Part shown: positions 53,953-64,000 of the stretch, piece after piece | How positions within the stretch are numbered: position 1 is the stretch's first letter | Layout: every line of letters begins with the position of its first letter | Source of the DNA: Felis catus | Taxonomy: Eukaryota | NCBI RefSeq assembly: GCF_018350175.1 | Contig: NC_058368.1 | Location: forward strand, 5,580,001-5,644,000 | Reading direction: 5' to 3' | Length of the DNA stretch: 64,000 bases | Translations under genes and position numbers: made by a program | The notes under the pieces: generated by a model | Seen by the model: the letters and a program-made list of their open reading frames with translations, nothing else | The model's database searches: none | Told to the model about the DNA's origin: nothing

Positions 53953-54238
53953 TCTGTCCAATAGAAATATGGGAGACACATGTATAGCGTTCAGTCGTCT
54001 AGTGGCCCCATTAAAAAGGTAAAAACAAACAGTTAAATTAGTTTTATTAATATACTTAGCCTAACTTGTGATCAACGTTTAAAAAATTATTAATGAGATA
54101 ACTTACGTTCTGTTTGTACTAAACCTTTGAAATCCAGTGTGTGTGTGTTGAACTTACAGTACATCTTAAATCAGACCAGACCAACTAAGTGTTCAGTAGC
54201 CGCCTCTGGCCAGCGGTCACTGTGCTAGACAGCACAGC
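53953..54238. mobile_element. MER33-like (hAT-Charlie)
   Basis: ctgtccaatagaaatat..attaaaaaggtaaaaa..ttgaaatccagtgtg..ctagacagcacag. Confidence 0.7.
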
Positions 54239-54829
54239 TCTTGACCAACAGAGATTCGGAAACCCAGATTCATTCTCCAAGGCTAAATATAGTTCAAGCA
54301 AGATTAAGAGATGAGGAAACCTAGCCCCAGATAAGCTTGGTCCTCTCCAGGTCCCTCGCCTGCATCCAGGGTGTGGACGGACGACCTGACTTTAATTTCA
54401 GTCCCTTGTACTTAAAAAGATCTTGACTCTTCCACGAGGCTTTCCCTAAAAAATAAAATCTGGACCAACTGAGCTGTTAATCTATGCTTATTAATTGCCT
54501 TAAGCAGAGTTTTTGAAGCACGGTTTATAAAGTGTGGGTCTGATTTTAAGTAGTTGGCTAATACCCCAGACATTTCCTCCTGCATGTGGGAGGGAAGAGG
54601 TCAGGATCCAGGACTTGGGTCACATTTATGTCCTGCTGCAACCAGCTGAGCAATAGTCACCCATGCCACCAAAAATAAATTAGATCTGTTCCTAACAAAT
54701 GGTTAATTTGTTCAATAAGTGGCAATTTCTGAGTAGGATTATTATGTCATTTCTGAGATTATGGGAACCCTTTTGTCCTTTTTTTCCCTCTAGAGTCCCA
54801 GGCACCTTTCTCCATCATGATGCTTAATC

Positions 54830-55430
54830 CAAGCCTTCTATCATTTTTACCTCCTAAATGTCTTTTATAAATATGTATCTTCCTCCATCCAGCTCTGGTC
54901 CTGTCCCGTTAGTTGATGGTATAGCATTTTTTGCCTGGGCTGTTGCAGTAGCCTCCTGATTAGCTAATGAGCATCCAGTCTGTCTGGATCCATTGCTCTA
55001 CTGTAGTCAAAATAGTCTTTCAAAACACAAATCTGATGTAGTTGTCCCCCTGGCTTCCCGTTGCCCTCAGGATAAAGTTCCAGGTCATTTACCGGGTCCC
55101 TTGGGCACCATGAAGCCCTGACCCCCACTCCTGTGATCTCGTCCCTCACTCCTCACCCCCCCCCCCCCCCACACACACACACTGGTCTTCTCTTGCTTTC
55201 TGGAGTGCCCTGCTTGTACTCTCACAGTGCATTTGCACCTACTCCCCTCACTTCCTGAATGGCCTGGTCTCCGCCTTCCGCCTAGCTAATGCTTACCTAG
55301 TTTTCAGACCTCACGTGAGTCATGACTTCCCGAGGGTGCCTTCTCTTGCACCCCTGACCAGGTTACATCCTCCTAATACAGGTACCCTTAACATGACTCT
55401 CCTTTGTTGTACTTACCACGATTGAAAATT
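54830..55430 (+). mobile_element. L2 fragment
   Basis: gcctgggctgttgcagtagcctcctga..aaacacaaatctgat..ctcaggataaagttcca. Confidence 0.6.
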
Positions 55431-55669
55431 TACGTTTGTATACGAGATAATACCTTAAACCCGTTAGGATGACCGCTACTTAAAAAAAATAACCAGTATT
55501 ATGAAACTATAGAAAAATGAAATCCTTGTGCACTGTTGGTGGGAATGTAAAATGGTGTATCACTGTAGAAAGTGGTATGGAGGTTCCCTAAAACTTTACA
55601 CACAGAATTACCATACGATCCAGCAATTCCACTTTTGGGCATATACCCAAAAGAATTGAAAGCAGGATC

Positions 55670-55886
55670 TTTTTTTTTTTTTTTTTTTAATTTGAGAGAG
55701 ACAAAGAGTGCACAAGCATGAGAGAGGCAGAAGGAGAGAGAGAGAGAGAGAGGGAAAATCTTAAGCAGGTTCCATCCATACTCCGCGTAGAGCCTGATGC
55801 AGGGCTCGATCCCACAACCCTGGGATCATGACCTGAGCTGAAATCAAGAGTCAGATGCTCAAGCGGCTGAGCCGCCCAGGCATCCC
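55670..55886 (-). mobile_element. Carnivore SINE nested in L1
   Basis: TSD aaagcaggat (55659-55668 / 55888-55897); L1 sequence resumes colinearly. Confidence 0.94.
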
Positions 55887-56074
55887 AAAAGCAGGATATT
55901 GAAGAGATATTTGCACACCCTTGTTCATAGCAGTAGTATTCGCAAGAGCCAAGAAAGAGAAACCATCCAAATGTCTGCAGGCAGGTGAACGGATAACCAA
56001 AAGATGATCTCTACATACTAAGGAATATTATGCAGCCTTTAAAAAGAAAGAAATCCTGTCACGTGCTGTAATAC

Positions 56075-56120
<46 letters not shown>
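56075..56120. repeat. (AGAT)n tetranucleotide STR, about 11 units
   Basis: Directly visible. Confidence 0.96.
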
Positions 56121-56121
<1 letters not shown>

Positions 56122-56924
56122 AAAATAGATATAGATATAGATGAGCCTTGACATTATGCTGAGTGAAATAAGCCAGACCCAAAAGGACTAATACACTGAT
56201 TCCATTTATATGAAGTACCTAGAGAAGTCGAATTTATAGAGACACAAGGTAGAATGGTGGTGGCCAGGGCCTGGGGGGACAGGGGAATGAGGGGTGAGTA
56301 ACACTGCTCAACTAGCTACATCCCCAAAAATGGCTAGGCTGCTAAGTTTTGTGACGTGTTTTTTTACCACAATTTAAAAAAATGCTTTTGAAGTACATTT
56401 ATGTGATTTCATAGTTTATGTCCGTTTCTTCCTCAAAACTGTAAACTGTGTGAGGAAAGTGAATTCTCTTCAGTATGTCCTTGGACTTCTCTACCCTCTT
56501 TTCTAGCATTCAGTAAATATTTAAATGCGTGAATCAGTACAATGAAATTAAATACCTCTCCCGTAGAGTTGAGGGATGGATTTGGCTTTGTGTGATAGGT
56601 TCTTAGTCTCTGTTTGCTGAATGGATGACCAAAGTGGATACCAAATACTTGAACATTTGGAAATAGTCTAGCTCTGCACACGATAAGTGATTGATAGCTT
56701 AACGAATTCAGCAATGTTCTCAAGTGTGCTAAGAGCCAGTAACACAAGCCGTGCATTTTTCCCACCCAAAGAATAATTTCCAGTTGAAAGATTTTTAGAA
56801 CATTTCCAGTTAAAATCATACTCGGACCATTTTGGCTACATGGGTGCTATCTGGGATATAATATTTGTTGACCCTGGTATTTGCAAATATTTGGTATTTA
56901 TAAGGTTAAATTACTTCATGGGAA

Positions 56925-57117
56925 GGGGCGCTGGGGTGGCTCACCGACTGAGCATCTGACTCTTGATTTCGGCTCAGGTCATGATCCCAGGGTTGTGGCA
57001 TCGAGCCCTGCGTCAGGTTCCACGCTAAGCCTGGAGCCTGCTTAAGATTCTCTCTCTCTCTCCCTCTGCCCCTCTCACCCACGCACACACTCCTTGTCTC
57101 TCTCCGTCTCTAAAAAA
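56925..57117 (+). mobile_element. Carnivore SINE, older
   Basis: Head, ctcaggtcatgatcccagg, CT segment, short A tail. Confidence 0.9.
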
Positions 57118-58129
57118 GGAAGAAATTCAGAAGTGTCTCTTTTGGAACTAATAGTAAAGGAAAGGCAAAAATGGAATAAAAATGAATTCTTGAGTATGTA
57201 ATTTGAGGAAGTGCTAAGCTAATCAATATCCAGTGGTCTTATTATGGGAGATGAAACTGATGAAGACAGTGAGTGCATCTAGCAGAAATGCAAGTTCTCT
57301 GACCCACTACATCCTCGGATGGCATTCTCATTATTCCACTGAAAGGACTGATATATTTGGAGTAATAAATACCAGCACACAGTTGGAAGAAGAGGTTTTG
57401 ATTTTTTTTTAAAAAGTCAAGGTTAGGTAGAGTTTAGGTAGCAGCTGGCCTCTGATAAATCTGGGATGATTTCATGGAAGCAAGCGACCTTCTCTGGGGG
57501 GCACTGGTCCTCCGTCAGATGGTGGGGCGTTCCAGGTTTATGGATTGCCTTAGAAGAGAGATTTAAAGCATGGGTACATCTGGCACCAAGAGCCGAATTA
57601 GGGCACAGGATTTTTGTGTCAAGTAAAGCGATAACCACAAGAAAAGAAAAGGTTTACGATTTGAAACTCGTCTGTCTTCAACACAGCATCATAATTAAGG
57701 GAAAGAAAAGCAGTAAGGAAAGTGATTCTACATCCAGTAAAACCAGAAGGGCTGGGGGCAAAAAGAGAATGAGGGGAGGAAAAGTGATTGATAACGGGGA
57801 GCATCAGAAGTCTTCATGTGACGGGGAAGGCCAGGTGGGTAAGGGAACCTGGGAGGAGAGGGTTTTATCATTTCACCAAAGGAAACTGCAGGGCTGTGGA
57901 GAAGTTTTCCTAGATGTGGCATTAAGAAAGAAACAAATTGACCGTGAATAAAGGTCCTGTAACGCAGTAGGTCAGAGTTTTACCTCTTTATGATTAATGT
58001 GGGAAAAGTAATTCTTAGAAACAAAAGGAAATAGAGGACATACGAGTGTTATTTTGTGTTAACCTATCTGACTGCTAGCTCATTTAAAATGAACCAAAAA
58101 AAAAAAAAAAAAGCCCTGGTCAATGTTAT

Positions 58130-58131
<2 letters not shown>

Positions 58132-58178
<47 letters not shown>
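58132..58178. repeat. (AC)n microsatellite, about 23 units
   Basis: Directly visible. Confidence 0.96.
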
Positions 58179-58180
<2 letters not shown>

Positions 58181-59454
58181 AATTTTCTTACCATTCAAAG
58201 AGAATTGCATTAGGGTATTATAGTAGTTTGCTATAATAACTTGTTGATCTATATGAGACTTTCAGAATCTGAGATGACTGTGATTTTAGAAAATGGCTTA
58301 TGATGTCAAAATAGTTTACAGGAAATATAAAATCAAGCCATTTATAGATAACTAGCAAAATTGTCTCCTTGGGGACTTGTTCCTTTTGTTAAAAGAAAAA
58401 ATAATCCTGTGTTTTTGATGGCTCACATTAGTGGACTGACTTAGTGAAGATAGTATTCTCATACACAGCATGAAAGTGAATTCTGTTCAAGCCTTTTTGA
58501 AGTTCTTCCGACACAGGTCTTAGTGATAGATGCTATTTTAGGGCCATTTTATCTCAAAAACAACCTTTTTCTTTCAAAGAAATGGAATTAGTCCTTCATT
58601 CCTCAGTATCATTTATGTACCTGCAGTACTGGGTAGTTGTCATTCTAGAAAATTGGAGTTTGGGTCCTGGTGGTCTCCAGGGCCCGCCTCTTCACCCTCT
58701 GATCTCCTGGGACGGTGAAGGGAGCGTCTGCAGCTCAAAACTCCAGACATTGAACATCTAATAGAGTGATGTGTTTGAATCTGTATTTCTGAACACTCCA
58801 TATCATTTTGCTTTCAGATTCATAGAGATGTCTCCATTAGTTCTGTACATATTTTGCCTTCCTTAAAGCGAGTTCTTGACTGTTTGTCTCCTTCTGATGT
58901 TCTGTCACTTCCACCCCCTGCTCTTCCCTTTCTCCTAACCCGAGTCCTCTGTCAGTAGGTAGTTACCTTTTCTCCTGTTCCTAGAGCAACTCTCTTTGCA
59001 AAGTTTTGTCCACTGCTATAATGGCATGGGTTTATAATGGCATGGATAGTTTGTTGATCACAGCTTGCCAAGAGGGCCCTCCCACACTCTTCACTACCAA
59101 AACTACTATCTCTGTGAATTCTGAAGCCATTTTACAAGCCCCTCGTCCCTTCAGACATGGCTTGGGAAATCGTTTTATTCATTAAGGGCTCATGAGGACA
59201 TTACTCATTACGTGCAATTGCTAACAAAGGGAAGCATGCTCCTTTCCCAGTGGCTTCCTAACAGAGCCTGCCCTGTACCCAAAAAGACAACCCTCAAGGC
59301 CTGAAATACATGTCAGTCTTAGAAGATCGCCTAAGAAAATATTCGGTGAATAGACTGTAAGCAAAAGGCTGATAGCTGAACCACTCACTTGCACGCCACA
59401 TTGGAGAGAAACAGGTTTGCAGTTCTTCCCTTGTGATGGAAAGCTGTTTTTCCT

Positions 59455-59660
59455 GTTTTAATGTTTATTTAATTTTGAGAGAGAGAGACAGAGTGTGAGT
59501 GGGGGAGGAGCAGAGAGAGAGGGAGACACAGGATCTGAAGTAGGTTCCAGGCTCTGAGCTGTCAGCACAGAGCCCGACGCGGGGCTCGAACTCACGAGCC
59601 CTGAGATCATGACCTGAGCTGAAGTCGGACGCTTAACCCACTGAGCCACCCAGGCACCCC
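59455..59660 (-). mobile_element. Feliform SINE
   Basis: Full-length, ..tgagccacccaggcacccc end. Confidence 0.93.
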
Positions 59661-62600
59661 AAAAAGCTTCTTGAGGACAGCCCACTTCTTGGCAGGTAGA
59701 AGACACTTCAGTAAGTGCAGAAGGAACAGATGACTGAGGTAGGAGGGAAGGGCTAGAATATAACCCAAATGAGTTGCCCGCCCCCACCCTTACCCCCCCC
59801 CCCACCCCGTCATCACCAATCAGGCTCCCTCAGATGTGCTGGGTTACTTGTTAGTTGTGGTTCAATTTGCATCAACATTAAAGAATAATGTTATAAGACG
59901 GTACGAACCCTATGGTGAATCTAAATAATTTTGACTAGTTCTGTGTCATCCACATGCTTGGCCTCTAGAACCTTCTTTGTCTTTCTCTGGCTCTCGTGTG
60001 TTCCCTCATGTGCCCCGTCCAGGGGTGTCTTCACCCTCTGCAGTCACACAGGCTTAAACCTTTAATCTGCTTCCCCCTGCCCCCCCATCACCAGAGCTGC
60101 CCCCCACCATTAATTTTCACCTGTGCCCGCTAGGCTTGTGTTACGGCCTTTAGAGCACTGTACCCCCGGCCTCATGGCAGATAGTCTGTGTTATTTGCCC
60201 CAAGAGGGCTCACATGGTCTGCACACATATTTGGTCTACAGGGAATGTCGAAGTGGCAGGAGAGGGGAGAGACCCTTTGGCCTTGACGACAAGATTTTAA
60301 ATAAACTCAAAGAATCAGGACTCTGGATATTGTCTTTGGTTGTGGCTTATTTCCATGAGAAAAAGAATCTTAAAACTTCAACTCTTGTTCCCTGCTAGTG
60401 TCTCTTTCTTAGAAATTATTCAGTGAACACCCAGGAAAATATCTCTAGTGGCGGCAGTAAATGAAGTCTGATGGAGAGCAGGTTTTTCTATCAGCCATTA
60501 GCCTTGACCTTGCCCATTTGGGGCTATACCCCAACATGCCCAACTTGTTTTGTTGTTGTTGTTGTTTTTTAATTCTACCGGTCAGGGTCCTTGGGTGCAG
60601 GGAACAGAAGAAAAGAAAACTGGCTTTGACTTAAGAAACAGAAAAGGAATACGTGGAAGGAAATGATACAGCCACAGAATGTAGGGAAAGGCTTAAGAAC
60701 CAGGCTCAGAAAGCTGGTAGAACTCGCGGAGGCCACCCTGGGGCCACGTGGTCAGGATACGACCCGGCACTGTGACCGTTAGCTGTGTGCCTCTGCTGGT
60801 GACGGACTTTGAACTCTCCCTCTGCAGATACTCCTTGAGGTACCCGAAGCGCGGGCAGGAGCATCTGACGGCTTCCTGCCTTGCACCAGCCTTTTCCTTT
60901 CTGTGATGGTTTTTCTAGCAGGTTTATTATCAGCTGGCCCAAACGTGTTTTGTAACGGTCCTGGCAGTGCCCACAGTCTCCTACAAACAACAGGAAGGAA
61001 AAACCTCTTTTCCACGAGGCTTCCATTTGGGGAAGGAGTGAGGGATCCTAGACCTTTTCTGGAACAGCTTCTCTCGAGGAGACGACAAATTTGCCTAACT
61101 TATCAGACAATTGGAGTAAGTTCGGGAAGTCCAGTCACACCATATGATACTCAGTAATGAGCAGAGACAAAGCAAGAGTCTTCCCTGTAAGAAAACTTAA
61201 AGAACCGCTTGGGGAAAGGCAGGCTTCAGCTGAGTAGGCTTAGATGCGTCGGTGGGGACGGAGGTGGTCTCCCTCACAGAAGCAGTGGGGTGAGGAACCG
61301 TCCATGGCATGAACTGTTTTGGGCAGAGGGACTGTGATGGGTAATCAGATCTCAGATAACCCTAAAATCAGAAATTAATGATGTACAGATAATCACCTGT
61401 AACTTGCCATCATCTGTAGCAATTCAAGTAACAGTTTTCCTCTTCCTTGTGTGTCAAAAAGACCCAGTAGCTGATCCGTAGAGGGTTGCCTCTTGGCACA
61501 CCGGCTTCGTGTGAAATAGCTAAACGTCCCATCAGCTGAAAAATGTGTAATCTCATTGTTTTCTCAGGATACCGTCAAGGCAGGGGCAACCAAGAAAGAG
61601 GAGAGAAAAAACGTGATTAGCATTATTTTGTCGTAATTCGGCTTGAGCGAATTAGTTACCGAAACCAGGGGAAGTTGCTATCCCATTTGTAATCCCGACG
61701 GTGAGGCTCTAAGTGGTAATGGAAAGTTTCAGATGAACTTTGGTTTTGCAGCAGAATTTCGGCATTGTGAGGCTCTTTCTGGAATACGCTCCGATGAATT
61801 CACGTAAATCTGCTGGAAGAACCTTTACAGCAAGAAAAGAGTATTGAGAAGCTACCCTTTTTCCTCTCCCGGGAGATACTATTTGTCGTTACAAGTTATT
61901 TACCCCTAGATGGAAAACACAACCTCATCTATCCCTGCATGCCCCTAAAAGCTATTCAGCAGAAGTTAATCTTTTCAATAGAAGCAGCCAACTTTTCTAG
62001 CAAAGGAATTTGCAGTCTTTGTGGTTTGGGTAAAAAGGTGGTTCATTTTACTGGTTTCTTGGTGAAAAATGTTTCATGATAAATTCAATCTTTCCTCAAA
62101 AAAAAAATCCCCAAATCTACTTTTCTGTGCAAAATTCAACATGAAAGCCTTTCTCTATTGAAGCAGCCGAATGTGGAGTTGTGTGGACCCGGGCAAACAG
62201 TTTTGGGTCCAAGGTTAAGGATATTTATTGCCGGAGGTATTATGTGTTCGTATCCAGGAAGAACAAAATCTAGTCCATCGACAGTGGTTTTCAAATGCAT
62301 TCATTTAGTTTCTTTTGTTTTAGGGGGAATGTTTTTCTCCTTCTCCTTTTAATCCTTTTCCACACACTTGGTAGAATTTGGGAGGATTTCTGCCAGGGAT
62401 AACTAGCAAAGGTATACAATGTGCGAATACACAGGAGATCTGCTGGTTTCATTGCACAGACTTCAGAGAAAGTTCCTTACACTCTGACTTTGGCATAGCA
62501 TGCAGGAAATTCCTCGTTGGTCTGCCCGATGCAATAAACAGCCCTCCTGCATCTAACCACATCCACGCTGAAAGTTTCTTAGGTGGGGTTACTTTTGTTT

Positions 62601-62901
62601 TTTGTGTAAAAGTTAAGGGTCCCAGGATTCCAATTCCACACTTTCTTTAGCTCCTCGGTTTGGAGTTTGTGTAAGGACTGTGTTTAGGAGTTAATGGGAC
62701 TTGCGGTTGGACTTACTCTAGTGTTTTCTTTGTGCACACGGGAAGGGTAGACAAGGTAAACAGATCCCCTGTGGGGATGCTTTCGGTAAACCTTCCATTA
62801 CATCAGACTGATCAAAAACATCAGAAGTTCGCATTTGCTTTTCGATTACTCATTGAGGACGTGGCTGCTTATATTCAGTGCCGGTGAGTCCTTCAGTAAC
62901 C

Positions 62902-63066
62902 CTGCTACTCCAAGGGTGGCCCCTGGCCAGGTGGCCTCAGGATCACCAGAGGGAGGGCTTGTTCAAATGCTAAATCTCAGGCCCCAACGCAGAGCTGCTA
63001 GACTGGACTCTGCATTTTAACCAGAGCCCCACACGGTTCATAGGACATTAAAGGTGGAGAAGTCCC
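62902..63066. mobile_element. MER5A-like hAT element
   Basis: gcttgttcaaatgctaaatctcaggcccca..ctctgcattttaac..acattaaaggtggagaa. Confidence 0.7.
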
Positions 63067-64000
63067 GAGTCCTGTCCGTGCTAGTAGAGTGCCTGAGTCC
63101 GTTCCAGTAAGATCTCCGTGGGAGGGTGTGAGGGAGAAAACAGGCTGGCCAGCGGGGCAGAGGAAGGAGAGCCCGGGAGGACATCGCCTGAGTTAAATTA
63201 TGCTCATTAATTCAATTTGCGGCAGGAATGTGTGTAAATAAACGCGGGCCGCTGCAGAAGTTCTGTTTCCTGCAGGGCTTGGGCAGGAATGCAGGGGCCA
63301 GTGGCCGTGAAAACCTGAGTGGAGATCAGTCAGCCCTACAGCCACGAGACAATGACAGTAAAGAGGGCATTAGCTTTATCGCGTTAGGGAAGTTTTAAAT
63401 GCAGGGTTTAGTGCCAAACCAAGTGGAACAGGAGAGGCCGTGCTAGCATAGATAAAATCTTAATTATTGGAAAAGATTAAGCTCGCTTGGCTGTTCCGTC
63501 CTCCTTTTTGAAATCAGTGCGGGTCAGATTTCCAAAGGGGTTACATGAAAAGGACAGTGCCACAGTCCTACGCAGCCTGTCAGCGCTTCACGTGCGCATT
63601 TTCCCTGCAAAACTGAGTCCGTGAAAAACGGGGAAGAGAAAATGGAGTTCCCCAGGTTAAGAGCAGCTCCTGCCTACCATAAACCTGTAAGATGTTTATG
63701 GGCTTGACTTTTGGCACTTCGTGTTCAGGAACGGTTTGGGGGGCGGGGGCTGAGCAATCATCTCTGGTTAATATTTATTAAACCCCATGGGGCATGCTGG
63801 GCAAAGACGCCTGCCTAACCATTAAAAGATGGCCTCATTGAATGTTATTTATGCCAAAGAGACATCTGCTTTCCAGCTTAAAAATTAGCCACAAGTCCCT
63901 CGTCCCTACTCACGGACGGGATGATCTAGAGGAGAGTCCTGTCCTTTAATTTTACCTAGAGATGCTTTCCTCAATGCCTCTGTGCTTAGGCCTATGCTAA

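Larger units (their letters stand above)
55445..56382 (+). mobile_element. L1MB-like 3' end with nested SINE and GATA microsatellite
   Basis: cactgttggtgggaatgtaaaatgg..gaattaccatacgatccagcaattccactt..; ends ttttaccacaatttaaaaaa. Confidence 0.9.

Noticed and set aside
57466..57951. 161-aa Lys/Gly-rich ORF
   Set aside because: Purine-rich low-complexity sequence; no recognisable protein, poly(A) tail or TSD for a retrocopy.
59017..59045. 13-bp direct repeat tataatggcatgg x2 (also atacagaag x2 near 41912)
   Set aside because: Ordinary short slippage duplications; no array or spacers, not CRISPR-like.

Overview
Mammalian genomic DNA, almost certainly from a felid: it carries about 25 carnivore tRNA-derived SINEs, five of them near-identical to the young cat-type SINEC_Fc. 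The whole window is internal to ATP8A2, the P4-ATPase phosphatidylserine flippase, on the + strand. Six coding exons (75, 123, 79, 62, 57 and 108 nt, all AG/GT bounded) splice into one open 168-codon stretch covering roughly transmembrane helices M5-M9. By recalled human numbering these are exons 28-33; the preceding and following exons were not found here. The rest is intron with SINEs, old L1/L2 fragments, ERVL/MaLR solo LTRs, hAT MER elements and microsatellites. Almost all listed ORFs are chance ORFs or repeat translations. I see no evidence for a novel multi-gene system. The most interesting signals are RNA-processing hypotheses: a candidate recursive splice site with a poison exon, near-identical inverted young SINEs bracketing exon blocks, and an antisense SINE just upstream of an exon. 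Repeat family names come from recalled consensus sequences, and old-repeat boundaries are approximate.
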